Shown here: piece after piece, positions 1-15,200 of the stretch
Layout: every line of letters starts with the position of its first letter
Numbering within the stretch: position 1 is the stretch's first letter
Assembly (NCBI RefSeq): GCF_964355755.1
Contig: NC_092677.1
Location: forward strand, 1,758,101-1,822,100
Source: Antedon mediterranea
Taxonomy: Eukaryota; Animalia; Echinodermata
Reading direction: 5' to 3'
Length of the DNA stretch: 64,000 bases
Made by a program: the position numbers and the translations under genes
The notes under the pieces: generated by a model
What the model saw: the letters and a program-made list of their open reading frames with translations, nothing else
The model's database searches: none
What the model was told of the DNA's origin: nothing

Positions 1-3000
1 GCTTTTCCTGTCCTGCTGGTTCATCTTGTAATTCAAGTACTGCTGTACCATGTGACACCGGATCATACAGCTTGTTGGGAGAATCAGATTGTACTGAGTG
101 CAACGCTGGACAGGCCTGTCCATACACAGATCAACAACCTATAACTTGCCAGCCAGGCCAACATACTGATGGAATTAAGTTGCAAACACAGTGTACAGAC
201 TGCCCGGCCGGGTTTGAGTGTCCTGATCCGAGGTAGTTGATTGGATGATTTTGGGTCACATGGCGTGCAATAGTACCATTACATTCATAAACATTCATTA
301 TTTGTATACTATTTAATCCACTAAATTTTCATCAGTTACAGTTGCCACTGTTTTTGTATATTCAAAGTTCGTTTTTAAAATTACAAATTTTGTTTTTTCA
401 GTTCTCTACCCCAAGCATGTTCAACAGGAACCTACACTTTAGAACAATACACAGAATGTGTCGCATGTCCTGCTGGCTATGAATGCCCGACAACAGACAG
501 CGCCCCCGTTGCTTGTATTTCTGGCTCATACTCTAGTGGATCACAGGCCAACTGTACAGACTGCCCTGCAGGATTTGCGTGTCCGTCTACAACAGATCCA
601 ACTGCCATGTTTCAATGTTTACCTGGTAACATTGTTATTTAATTTAACATCTTTATTTTACTACATTTACTTTTATGATTCTTTTGAAAATATTGGAATA
701 GAGCTACCATACATCGTTATTCTCTAGAATTCACAATTTTTTAGAGTAAATTAAAACATTCTTAAACATAACAAATTAATGTATTCCTTTCATTCATAAT
801 CTTATAGTCATTTCAGTATAGTGTAGAGTAGTAAAAAAATCAATTAAGTTAGTAAGAATATTACCAATTTCCATAAAATTTGATACTAATATAAGAATAC
901 AATGGTTGGTAAAATAGTTTTTTTTAAATTTTATTCAAGGATCGTACTCCACTGGAATGCAGTCATACTGTACTGCTTGCTCTCCGGGCAAGTACTGTCC
1001 CGACATCGATGATGACAGTACTATCGGTGACTGTCCTGTAGGTACCTACTCCTATGTTGGGTTTTCTCGATGTCAGACTTGCGCCAACGGATGGGAATGT
1101 CCTAATACAGATGGCTCAGCGAATGTACAATGTGCAGCGGTAAGAAACTAATCGTCTGATTTTAAATGATAAAAAACGGATTGGTATGATGTTTTTCATT
1201 GGTCAATTATAATAGCAAACTAATGTGTTTTGTATGTTTGTTTTCAATTTTGGAAACATATATTTAATATTTTTTCATTAATATTAGATATTTATAATTA
1301 TAATAATAGAATAATGTTTGTTTTATCATCAGGGAACCTACTCTGTTGGTAATGCGACAGATTGTACAGATTGCCCAGAAGGTTATGCTTGCCCAAACAC
1401 AAACACAGATACAACCACACAGTGCTTGCCCGGAACATATTCTGTTGGCTTGCAAACGGTATGTAGGTCAATTCTTAATGGTGTCACTTATTGCTTAATT
1501 CCTCAATACAAAACATGATTCTAATGTCAACTTTCTCAAGCTAGACATTACTCAAAAGGTCTGGTTTATAAAACATTTGATTTTTAGTATATATCTTATA
1601 GTATTGAAACATTCATAACAAAAAGAAACTTCTCTATTTAGATAATTTCACACTTTTTCACAAATAGAGTCTATTTTACTACTTCAAATATTATTTATAG
1701 TTTTTTTCTTTATGTATTCAATTTTTTTTAATTTCCAACTTTTGGTTAAATTAGTGATTTTATAGATATTGCATTTTCAGTTAAGTGTAATACAGTAGTA
1801 TATTTTATATTATTCACAGGTGTGTACTAGGTGCCCCACTGGTAAACAATGTCCAAGCACTATCGCAGCAGACATTGAAGATTGTGAGGCAGGTCAATAC
1901 AGTATCGGAGGTCAAGAGTCATGTACTACTTGCCCAGGAGGTTATGCTTGCCCATCTGTTTACAGCAGCTACCAAATCACATGCTACCCTGGTTCATATG
2001 CTGAACCAAAATCAACGGTAAATTACTTTTGTATGATATATTCAATTCAATTTTTCTCTCAAAAGATAAATATAGTAGAACAATATACAGTCAATTCTCC
2101 CAATACCGGTCACCTTTGGGCTTGCCAAATATGTCTGGTTTTCCAAAAAGTTTTAATGGTAAAAAGGAATTTGGGACTGTTTGGACTTCAAGAAATGGTT
2201 GGTATTGGGAGAGTTTCTGGTTTCCACAGAGTCCGGATTGGAAGAGTTGACTGTATTAAACACATTAATTGGAAGCTAAGCACTGTAGTGTTTGATAAAA
2301 TGTTTTCTTATTCTATGTTATTCACTTATTTTTATTATATTTCTTGGGATTTTGATACATAATGGAAGTATTTTTTTTGTAGGAATGTACTGAATGTCCA
2401 GCTGGTTTTGAATGCCCAATGACCAATCAGACGGGTCCAGCATGTGCTGATGGCTACTACAGTTTAGGTAAATATATATTCCTTTTTTTCTGGTTGAACA
2501 AAGTCATATGTGTTACACATAATACCAAATGTGTTATTTTATTGTTTAGTAAGTTAACATAGCAGCAGAGAGCAACGAAGACACGCCCTTCGTAAATGTC
2601 TATAGAGTTATGCGTTTTGCATTTAAATTAATAATTTGACTGTTTTTTAGGTGGTCAAACTAGTTGTACTCCATGTCCCAGAGGCTACTATTGCAACCAG
2701 AAGGATGCTGAACCAGTGATATGTGATGCAGGGTTTTACAGTAACCAATCCAGTGTAGCATGTTCTGAATGTGACGCAGGCTATGCATGTGCAGAAGGCA
2801 GTACAAGTAAAACTCCCACATCAGGAATATGTCCTCAAGGCTACTTCTGTGAGGATGGGATTACACCTCAGGCCTGTCCTTCTGGTACTTATGGTAATAA
2901 GACTGGGGCTAGAAGCTCTACTGAAGGTTGTGCTCCTTGTCCACAAGGTACTGTCATCTGTTTTTTTATTTCATTTCTATGGCGCTTTAAACAAAGAAAA

Positions 3001-6000
3001 AGATTGAGAAAAAATGGAAACTGACATCAATAGGCATTCTCTTGATATTTTAATCTGATTTATGTTCACAAAATTTAATTTCAAAATAAAGTTGTCTTAC
3101 CTTAACAAATGGTAAGATGTATGTAAGATATATAAGTCTGGCCATATTGAACACCTTAAGCTAATACGTTTTCCAGAAAGTCTTACACATTTTGTAGTTT
3201 GGTTTAAGTATATTTTATTGTATCTCTATCAGGTTACTATTGTCCAGCTGATCCAGTAGTAGGAACTCCAGGTATGGAATACATTTGTCCAAGAGGTTAT
3301 TATTGTCCAGAAGGAACACTTGGACCACAGGACAATGGCTGTCCAGGGGGAAATTATTACAATGGTCTTGGTGCTGTTAAGGAAACTGACTGCATAACTT
3401 GCCCAGCTGGCTACTACTGTCCCGAAGGTAAGAAATAGTTGTGGATGTCAGTGACAGTCACAGCTGCTACTGCTGATGGTAGTCTGAATAAGAGGGATAG
3501 TGTATATATGAAGCATTAATGACAGGTGCCCAAGGATAAGTTATGTGGCAATGGTGTTAAGCTCTGTATACACTATCAAACTAGCTTGACAAAGAAAAAA
3601 GTGTGATGTGCCCAAATATGGTAATTATATGACATCATCATATTCATATATGGGCACATTTTTTTGTCACATAAAGTTTGGTAGTGTAGACAGAGCTTTA
3701 TGCTGCCTGAGAATACATGATGGTGTATATATTTCAGTGTCAAAGATGGTGTACAAGGAATTATTTTGGAAAAATTTAACATTTCTTGATTTCTTTGACA
3801 GGAAGTGCAGAAGGCTTGCTTTGTCACAAAGGCTACTATTGTCCAGCTGGAACCGAGAATGACCAAGACAATCCCTGCCCTGGTGGCACTTTCACAGAGG
3901 AAGAAGGTGCCACTTCTCAAGATTTCTGCAAAGATTGTCCAGCAGGATATTATTGTACAAGTGGAACCGATACACCATTGCCATGTCTACAGGGCACTTA
4001 CAACCCTAGCATTGGCCAGAATGCTCTTACTGATTGCCGTAACTGCACTGCTGGGTCAGCATGTACTAGGACTGGTTTAGTGGAACCAGACTCTGTGTGT
4101 GAACCTGGGTAAGTAAAGGAAAAAATGAAATTTCAAATTTGTTTTTGAAAAGTATTTTTTAAATATTATTCTTAATTGTCGGGTCAAAATACAATTTTAA
4201 TTACTGAATTTGCCATGATTGTTTATATTGCTGTAGTAAAATTTAAATATTTTATGTATTTTCATATTTTTCAAAGAATATTTTATTGAAAAAATAGAAT
4301 ATGAACACTTTGTATAACTTTTTAGGTATTAACTAAATATTATAGATAAAAAGAAATTATTGTTAATTATTTTGTATCTCTACAGGTACTATTGCCCTGA
4401 AGGACTTGACGATCCATTTACTTATCCCTGCCCTGCTGGGACATATACAGACTACCACAACCTCACAGCTTCCTTTCAATGTGATCCTTGCCCTGTACAG
4501 TTTGCCTGTCCAATCGGTATGTTTAAAGCTCTGTCTATACTATCACAAAAATGTGATTTGCATGATGATGTCTGATGTCATATCACTACCATATTTGGGT
4601 ATATAATCACCATATTTGGGCACCGAAAGAAATAATAATTTGTTTGTGAAACTATTACAATTTCCTAACTTGGCATAGTTGGTAGTTGTGCCCAACTAAG
4701 AATTTTTAATTGAAGTAATGCAGGACACCTAGACACTTATATTACCAGTGTTGACATATGGTATTATTGTATGGGGTGCGGGAAACAAAGACAATTTGGA
4801 TCGCCTTCTATTGCTTCAGAAAAAAGCTCTTAGGATCATTTGTAAGGTAGACTTTCATCATCCCTCTTCTCAGCTCTTTGTGAAAACGGGCACATTTAAT
4901 ATATTTGATTTGTATAAAAACTGTTTTAAATTTTATGTTTAAATACCAAAAAGGACAACTTCCAAAATGTTTTAATTCTTTATTCAGTTTATTTGATAAT
5001 TATCATACATATAACACTCGAAATAAAGACAATTATTGTATAAAATTAAAATCAACTAATATGGGTCAGCAAAGTATAGCATATAGAGGACCTAAGCTAT
5101 GGAATCAACTTATAAGAAATATAAGAGAGAGTGAAAATATATCAATATTTAAAAAACTATTACTAAATAAATGCATTAATAGTTATAAAGAAACAATATA
5201 TCTTTGCGAAAACAACATTTGTAAAATATGTCTAACTTTAACTTAATTAATTACATGTTCGTATATATTCTGAGACTGATGTATAGATATATATTATATT
5301 ATAGTACGTTGTATTTTCCTTCATTCATTTACTACATGAAAACATTTTTGTAATATATTTGTAAATTTATATTTTAAGTTAGGGTGCCACAGATTAAAAG
5401 CTTTGCTTGCTTGTGGTTATCCTGTTTTTCACACTTTATTGTACTTAATCTTTTATTTATATTTTTATGAATGTTGTGTGAAAAATAAAAGAATCAATCA
5501 ATCAATCAATATTACAAATATGCACAATGCCCTATTATTTTGTAGGCTCAATTAAATATTCTTAATTTTTGTAAACATTTTGACTTTTTAATATTGAAGC
5601 TAAATTGTTCTTGTCTTCCTAATTGATACTTACCGATTTCACTACTTTTCTTTTTTATTATTTTATTCAATAATAAAAAAAAAATAAAATAATAAAAAAA
5701 AAAACTAATGAATAAATTGTCACTGTGTAATCTCTTTTAATTTAGGAACTGGTGGAGTGAACCAGGCACCAGAAGAATGTGCTCCAGGTTACTATTGTTC
5801 ATTGTCCACTCAACATCGTACACAGCATCCTTGCCCAGCTGGTTCCTATTCTAACAAGACCAATCTAGGTGCAGTCTCGGAATGCTACGAATGTCCAAGA
5901 GGCTACTACTGTATAGAAGCATCAACAGAGCCAGTACTGGAATGTGTCACTGGTCACTATTGTCCAGCAGGTCAGTCCATGCATGAATAGATGATGTATT

Positions 6001-9000
6001 GTAACTGGGTTTGTGGATGACAAGGGTTGATATTTTTTATACAGAAACAATTTATTTGTTAGACAACTAGATTTATAGACAGAGGATAAAATATGGATTC
6101 ATACATGTTGAGAATAGGTATCCTGTTACTGACTAATAATAATAATAATAATAATAATAATAGTGTAATTATATCAGCCTCCTGTCAACCAGCGTATGCA
6201 TTAAACTCTCTGCAACATTACAAGGAGCACACATGAAGAAGATATAACTATAATGCATTATCAGAGCACACCAGCAAAGTTGTGTCTATATGTTTGACTT
6301 CTTGCTGTTGAATGTGTTTGAAATAAAATAGAATAACCAATTTGAAAATTAGTATAAATAAATGTTACTTGTTGGTTGAAGCAGTAGATGTAATTATGTA
6401 TATATCTTAAAATGACTGAAGTACATGCTCTATGTCTTACCAGCCATGACACCTTTCATAATAAATTAGAAATACTTTAAACCAACTTTGATTTATATTG
6501 AACACAGGAACACAATACAGCACACAATATCCATGTGCAGCTGGGTCATACTCAAACGAAGTTGGAAACACCAGATGGGAACAGTGCGTAACATGCACAA
6601 AAGGAAGTTACTGTCTGGAAGGGGCCTCCCTTCCCACAGCATGCCCATCGGGAACATACCGAGATGAACTGAATGGTGAAGAACTGAATGATTGTACCAC
6701 GTGCACTGCAGGACACTACTGCCCTGGAACTGGTAACACTGAACCCATTGAATGCGAAAAAGCATCGTACTCGGTAAGATTTAATAATAATAATAATACT
6801 ATTTGTATAGCGACTTTCCAAATTAATCAAGGCACTTCACATTTTAATGCATAGGAAATAAGTAAGTTTTAAGGCCTTTCTTTATAGATTTTAGTTCCCT
6901 TAAGTCTATTGGCAGAGGGTTCCAGAAACTTTGAGAAAGCAATATCCCCTGAAACATGCCTTTCAATGTGGTCCTCTAACCTCTAACCTTTTTGTAAGAG
7001 AGTTACAGTCAAGTATATCAAAACAATTTGTTTACATATAATAATTATAATCTGTGGATAATAAAGTAGTTTAATTTCATTTTACCTGTCAAAAGGAATA
7101 TCTCGTGCCTCTAGTGCCCCTGGATTCAACCCTGTTTTTAATAGTGCAAAACATTTTTTGAAGTAGTACCAGTTTCATGGAGTCTGTTTTGAGAGAGTTC
7201 AAAGTTGACTTTCAAAATAAAATATAATGATAATAAAACTCTCTGTATGTAGGACACTGGTGCACCAGAATGTAGTGATTGCGAGGCAGGCTACTATTGT
7301 GACAGCAAAACAACGACCAGAGACAACATGTACGCTAATAAAATCTGTCCTGCTGGAATGTTTTGCGATTATAATCGTACATCTGCACCTAACTTGGAGA
7401 ATGATGCCTGCCCTGTAGGCTACTACTGTCTCAGTGGTGATTTAGTAAGTTGCAACATTCATTTTTGTAAACATTTTGATTCATGGAGGAAATATCAATT
7501 TAACCTTATGTGCTATTAGTTTAATAAACTTTAGAATTATTGTAATTATTTTTACTGTTTTATATGCATCCCTTTATTAATTATTTTAAATTTCTTTTAA
7601 AATAATAATCATTTGGGTTTTTTAGGATCCATTTCCAAGACCATGTCCAAATGGAACTTACAGTGATGTGGAAGGTCTTGTGGAAGAATCTGACTGTCAG
7701 GACTGCCCAGCGGGCAAGTGGTGCTCTCCTCCTGGTCTATCAGAACCTGTAAGTTGAAATTATTTCTTATAATAGATCCAAGAAATTTCTTTTTTTGAAC
7801 TGAATTTTAAACAGCAAATGTTATGGCAGCTGTCAAAATGTTTCATATTTTCATTTCATTTTTTAGGCTGGAGATTGCCCTGGAGGTCATTACTGTCCAG
7901 TGGGTACAGCTGACCCATATGAAAATCCATGTCCAGTTGGCTTTTATCTAAATGCTAGTGCTGGTGAAGACTCACTTGGATGTACCATTTGTATCTCGGG
8001 CTACTACTGCAGTAGTAAAGGCCTGGCTTGGCCTATTGATTGTCCTCAGGTAAGGGTGTCTTGACTGGCCCAAGTGCAAAAGTGTGTATTTGGCCATTTC
8101 AAGTAGGTTGTGTGTTAGTTGATTCATTGTTAATTGTGTAAAGTTTTGTGTGAGTCTCTTACAAATTGAATTAGTGATCTAATCATTGGTACAATAAAAA
8201 ATAGCCAGTAGCTAATATTATATTTTATAGGGTTATTTCAGAAGATCATAAAAGAATAGCCAGTACTGTAATATTTATAAGTAATGATATTAAATCTAAT
8301 GTGTTCTTTTTGTAGGGTTATTTCTGTGTATCCGGAAGTACATTTCCCCAGGAATGTCCTGCTGGTACATATGGCAATACTACTAACTTGAGACGTAGTG
8401 ATGACTGCTCTCCATGCCCTGGTGGATACTACTGCGATGGTGTTGGAAATACTGAACCAACAGATCTTTGTGACCCAGGTTTCTACTGCCGTGAGAAAGC
8501 TTACACATCGGTAAGATGGACAGTGATTATGTTTAATGTCATGTCATTTCTGAAGTTCTAGAACTCTTTGTTCTAGTGATCACAAGTATTTCCATGGTTT
8601 GCTCTGGTTTCACAGTGTTAGATTGATTCTATCATAACTGTTTATACAATAAAGTATCTTAAATGGAATTACAGTACTCTTTTTTGTTAATCTTAACTAA
8701 AATATTTATTCTTTTAGGCTCCACCAGATGGTTTGACTGGCGGTTTATGTCCAGCAGGAGGCTACTGTCCAGCAGGGTCTGCTTGGCCAGCTAACTGTCC
8801 TTATGGTACCTACAGTAATTCATCGGGTTCTAAAACACCTGACGACTGTATTGATTGTGATCCAGGGTAATTATCTATTAAGTTATGTTTTGATGTTAGA
8901 AACATTTTATACACATCCACTTTCAAGGTAGGCCATTTACTGAAAGAGAAAGTGCTGTGAATTCATGATTTGCTAATATTGAGCTAATTTACTGTCGGTG

Positions 9001-12000
9001 AACAAATTAAATGTTAATTGGTTCAGATGTTTACCCTACTCTGACATAATTCTTGTAAAAATCTTTCCAAATAATTCTCGTGTGGGGCTCACAACATCCA
9101 GATCACTATATCCTTCTGTATGTCAGAGTAAGGAAAACATCTGACCAATTAACCATGTAGTAGTTATTCATTATCATCAAAGTGAATGTTATACAGTAAG
9201 TTAAAAACATGCTTTCTATGAATCTTTTGTAGATATTACTGTGCTGGCGATAATAATCCAGAACCAACTGGTCCATGCAAGGCAGGCTATTACTGTACAG
9301 GAGGTGCAGGAACAGCCATTCAATTCAGCACCCCCATAGGACATTACAGCTTGTCGGGAGCATACAAACCAGAACCGTGCCCTAGAGGAGAATATCAAAC
9401 GGTATGTATTTGTTAAGGTTTGCATTGCGAATAAACACTAGTAGACAAACCAGAACCGTGCCCTAGAGGAGAATATCAAACGGTATGTATTTTTTAAGGT
9501 TTGCATTGTGAATAAACACTAGTAGACAAACCAGAACCGTGCCCTCGAGGAGAATATCAAACGGTATGTATTCGTTAAGGTTTGCATTGCGAATAAACAC
9601 TAGTAGACAAACCAGAACCGTGCCCTAGAGGAGAATATCAAACGGTATGTATTTGTTAAGGTTTGCATTGCGAATAAACACTAGTAGACAAACCAGAACC
9701 GTGCCCTAGAGGAGAATATCAAACGGTATGTATTCGTTAAGGTTTGCATTGCGAATAAACACTAGTAGACAAACCAGAACCATGCCCTAGAGGAGAATAT
9801 CAAACGGTATGTATTTGTTAAGGTTTGCATTGCGAATAAACACTAGTAGACAAACCAGAACCATGCCCTAGAGGAGAATATCAAACGGTATGTATTCGTT
9901 AAGGTTTGCATTGCGAATAAACACTAGTAGACAAACCAGAACCATGCCCTAGAGGAGAATATCAAACGGTATGTATTCGTTAAGGTTTGCATTGCGAATA
10001 AACACTAGTAGACAAACCAGAACCGTGCCCTCGAGGAGAATATCAAACGGTATGTATTTGTTAAGGTTTGCATTGCGAATAAACACTAGTAGACAAACCA
10101 GAACCATGCCCTAGAGGAGAATATCAAACGGTATGTATTCGTTAAGGTTTGTATTGCGAATAAACACTAGTAGACAAACCAGAACCATGCCCTAGAGGAG
10201 AATATCAAACGGTATGTATTCGTTAAGGTTTGCATTGCGAATAAACACTAGTAGACAAACCAGAACCATGCCCTAGAGGAGAATATCAAACGGTATGTAT
10301 TCGTTAAGGTTTGCATTGCGAATAAACACTAGTAGACAAACCAGAACCGTGCCCTCGAGGAGAATATCAAACGGTATGTATTCGTTAAGTTTGCATTGCG
10401 AATAAACACTAGTAGACAAACCAGAACCATGCCCTAGAGGAGAATATCAAACGGTATGTATTTGTTAAGGTTTGCATTGCGAATAAACACTAGTAGACAA
10501 ACCAGAACCATGCCCTAGAGGAGAATATCAAACGGTATGTATTTGTTAAGGTTTGCATTGCGAATAAACACTAGTAGACAAACCAGAACCGTGCCCTCGA
10601 GGAGAATATCAAACGGTATGTATTTGTTAAGGTTTGCATTGCGAATAAACACTAGTAGACAAACCAGAACCATGCCCTAGAGGAGAATATCAAACGGTAT
10701 GTATTCGTTAAGGTTTGTATTGCGAATAAACACTAGTAGACAAACCAGAACCATGCCCTAGAGGAGAATATCAAACGGTATGTATTCGTTAAGGTTTGCA
10801 TTGCGAATAAACACTAGTAGACAAACCAGAACCATGCCCTAGAGGAGAATATCAAACGGTATGTATTCGTTAAGGTTTGCATTGCGAATAAACACTAGTA
10901 GACAAACCAGAACCGTGCCCTCGAGGAGAATATCAAACGGTATGTATTCGTTAAGGTTTGCATTGCGAATAAACACTAGTAGACAAACCAGAACCATGCC
11001 CTAGAGGAGAATATCAAACGGTATGTATTTGTTAAGGTTTGCATTGCGAATAAACACTAGTAGACAAACCAGAACCATGCCCTAGAGGAGAATATCAAAC
11101 GGTATGTATTCGTTAAGGTTTGCATTGCGAATAAACACTAGTAGAGTCAGGTTTGTGATATGACATGTGTTTACCTAAAGGAAGTAAAGTTATTGTTATT
11201 GTTATTCTACAATGTTCTGTAGTGAGTGTAGTTAATAGTTAAATAGGTTTGAAATAATACAAAAAATCATGGTCCGTCCTATTTTTGTCTTCTTCTCAAG
11301 TTAATACTGTATGAAGCTATGGTATGTTTTGAATCTAAGATAGATCTGGTATTGGGATGAGCTATGGTTCAAACCTACAGCCCTGACATTGATAAACATG
11401 TTAATTTTTAAGCAACCACTATTTTTTTCATTTTAGGCTGCCAATTCTGAAGAATGTTTGACTTGCCTGCAAGGATACTACTGTAATGGCACTGGTACCT
11501 CTGAGCAGGTCATCTGTGATATCGGACATTATTGTCCACCAGAAAGTGTCCTGCCAACCCCATGCCCTCTGGTAAGTGGAAAATATATATATGAGTATGC
11601 TATACTTGGTTATTTGAAAACAATCTGCTAATGAGGCAGGATGTGATCTTAAGACTTGTGTGATTTTAAACACAAAGCTTAGGTGCTAATAATATTGTGT
11701 TAATATTTTTCTTATGCAATTCCACTCAATAATTTCATGAAATTCTACTCAATAATTTCAACATAAATTGTTTCTCAGGGTACATTCCGTGAAATTACTG
11801 GTGGTCAAGACTTGGATGCTTGTGATTATTGTACTCCTGGCAAGTTTTGTGGATCAACAGGTCTCAGTGCGGTCAGTGGTGATTGTGCTGCAGGTCATTA
11901 CTGTATCCTTGGAGCTAACACTTCTCATCCATTGGTTAGTTTCTTTTTTTAAATAATTAATATTTTTTTTTAAACAAGAAACTAGTAAAGTCTTATTTTC

Positions 12001-12265
12001 TATACTTTGTAACTTGCTTTTTAAAATTTAATACATTTATACAATATTATATTTATATAGGAAAATGCAACTGATGCCGGTGGTCTTTGCCCTGAGGGTT
12101 ACTACTGTCCTGCAGGTACAGCTGATCCATTCCATTACCCATGCGAAAATGGTACTTACAGCAACCGCACTGGCTTAGAGGAACTTGAAGATTGTACAGA
12201 TTGTCCTCCTGGTGAGGTGTGTAATGGTGAAGCACTCTATGGACCAAATGGCATTTGTGCTCCAG
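1..12265 (+). CDS. Exons 1-21 in the window: Cys-rich GCC2/GCC3 repeats (ectodomain)
   Basis: Approximate exons: 1-232, 402-625, 940-1139, 1333-1458, 1820-2017, 2383-2467, 2651-2947, 3233-3427, 3801-4108, 4387-4516, 5746-5970, 6508-6772, 7253-7444, 7626-7748, 7867-8049, 8316-8510, 8718-8866, 9233-9401, 11437-11571, 11779-11933, 12061-12265. All translate to CPxGxYCP / GTYS / CxxCxxG motifs. Confidence 0.88.
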
Positions 12266-15200
12266 GTATATTCACAATTTATTAACCATTTTACTAATGA
12301 TGGTAAAACAATGTTTAGTTTCGTGTACCCAACAGATGGTTCAACAGGAATAGTCTTTAATAAATTGTATACTTCTTTCAGGCTACTTCTGCTTAGGCAA
12401 GGCAAAGTCACAGTACCCAACAGATGGTTCAACAGGTGACATATGCCCTATTGGTTTCTATTGTCCAGAAGGTTCACCTGCACCAAAGAGATGTGAAGGA
12501 GGGTACTTTACCAACATTACAGGTCAAAGTTCATGCTTTGATTGTCCAGAGAGTGAGTTATTTTATTTTGATTTAGGTTCATTATGCAAACAGTAACATT
12601 ACATTCATATTCAGCACTTGTTTGTTAGATCTTGTTTGTAATATATTTTTGTTATTGTCTTTTATGGTTATCACAAAAATTTAAATAAATAATAAAAAAG
12701 GTAATATTGTTTTTAGTTATGTTTTTTACTGAATGATAATGTACATATAAATCTATGTAGGGAGATATTGTCCAGATGGAGAAAGACTTCTTGAATGTCC
12801 TCGTGGTCATTACTGCCCAGTCAACACTGGAGGAAACGAGTCAATACCATGTCCACAAGGAACCTACAATCCTGCTTTGGGACTGGCACGAGAAGATGAG
12901 TGTCTTCCATGCGATGGGGGTCATTACTGTCAAGGCATTGGCATTGTAGAATTTGATGGTAGTTCTGGTGATGATTTTGGTGTCTGTGAGCCTAGGTACT
13001 ATTGTCTCCAAGGTTAGTCTTATATTTATTATTAATATATGTAATAAAACCCGCCTTATATTTAATGTCTTCCATTTAATGAAACTTAATTTGATAGAAA
13101 CTCTTTAACACCCTCATGAGTAAGTCTCATGGTATTTAACATTTTTTAATTTGTCTTTATTTAATATTTATTGTAACAAAGTAAACATTGTTGAATTTAC
13201 AAAAGTTGAATTTGTTGGTTTGTTTTTGTTTTAGGTGTTAATGTGAGTAACCCTGAAGAAGGAACATACAGCGGTGACGGAGGTCCATGTCCTCAGGGTT
13301 TTTATTGCCCAGAAGAGACAACCTACCCCAAATCTTGTCCCAACGGTACATACTCAGATCTGCTTAGACTTCAAGATGAGAGTGAATGTGAAAGCTGTGA
13401 TCCTGGTTACTACTGTGGAACTGTAAACCTCACCCAGCCACAAGGTCAATGTGATTCTGGTTTCTTCTGCACAAGTGGAGCAATCTATCCAAATCCTACA
13501 GGTAAGAATGTATAGCTGCTGTGGAATGAGCGCCATTTGGTGACAGCTCAAAATGAAGGAACTTTAGTGGAGATGGTTGTATTGCGTAAAGCTCATTAGA
13601 AAAAAACCCTATAATTAAAGAATGTTACTCTACGATAGAGGCCATTGAGATGGAGTGACCTCTATCTGAACTCGTTAATGAGGAAAGACTTTGTGTTAAG
13701 GAGGAGGAGACAAGTTGTTGGTCCAATAAACCTGTATTTATTAACTATTGTACATGTCAAGTCTCTATTTTAATAACTGCCATCCATTACACAAATATTA
13801 ATTCTGTATTAGTTATATACTAAAAGAATCATTTAATCAAGTAATACTACATACTAGATAATTATCTTTTATCATACTTTAACATAGGAGGAGACTCAAC
13901 TGGTGGACCATGTCCTACTAAACATTATTGCCCTAATGGTACCGCAGTACCATTAGGCTGTCCGGTTGGAACTTACAATAACTTAGAGCAACAATCAGAA
14001 TGCTTTACTTGTCCTGCTGGTTACTATTGTCCAGAATCTATTAGTGACTTCAGCTTATATAGATGCCCTGCTGGATATTATTGTCCTAATGGTAAGTCAA
14101 ATATACTCCTCAAAAATGTCACTGTAAAAGCTATGTGAGAAACTAAATGGACCTACAAAGCTGAAATGGACGTATACCATTATTTTGCATTCACTAATTT
14201 GAATTATAACTAGTATACCTGTTTTATCTTAGCTTGCTTATGCTCAGCAGTAGATACATGAAATTACACTGAACCATTAAATGCAATAGTGAATTTTAAT
14301 ACAAGTTTATTTATTTAATTTATTTTTAATTAGGAACAACACATATGTATGAGTACCCTTGTCCAAAGGGATACTATCGTGAAGATGACTTTGGAATGAG
14401 CTTAAGCGACTGCACTCCATGTGACCCAGGAAAGTATTGTGGGACAGAAGGGAACACAACATATACAGACGACTGTGACCCAGGTAGGCCAATTTATTCA
14501 AATTAATTTCTCTAATTAAGAGGTTACTAACTATCTTTTCTTTTTTTGTTGATCATTCCATATATATATATATATATATGCTTCTTAATGTAATTTTTTT
14601 TAAACATAAAATGAATATTTTATTAATATACCTCCTTCTTAAAATTATTATCTGAAATATAAAATAAATAATGCAAGTCCAATTCTACAGTATAAAGTCA
14701 TGCTATAAGTCACTGGTGATATAAGAGTTGAGTCTATTGTATCCACCATGTCCACCATCGTATGGTTAAATTTGTGAATCTTTTCTTAGGCTATTTTTGC
14801 ATCCGAGCTGCGTACACTGCTACACCTGATGACTGGGGTAACTACACTGATGGAGATTGTCTTTGCCCTGCAAATATTACTGGTGGAAGGTGTCAACCAG
14901 GCTACTATTGTCCACGAGGCTCAAGTGAGCCCCAGGAATGTACGGAGGGGGATTATTGTGAAACACATGGTAAGTTATTTTTTAAATATTTTTCTTGCAT
15001 TCAATCTTCATTCCTGTCTGGTATAAATTTATTTATAACTTAGTTTTACAAGTGTAGCTCTAACAGCTGTACTAAATCAGTACAGCTGACTTGAAGAGGG
15101 TCTCTTAAAACAATACAAAAATATACAGATGACATTCAAACATAGATACAAGAGGATTCATAAAAGTTAAAATATAAATGTATTTTGCCATTATTTAAAT

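Noticed and set aside
9365-11145. CRISPR-like array or cassette of alternative micro-exons
   Set aside because: There are no unique spacers and no cas genes, and the context is eukaryotic. The AG...GT pseudo-exon would be 38 or 41 nt (frameshifting), with ~43-nt introns lacking pyrimidine tracts.
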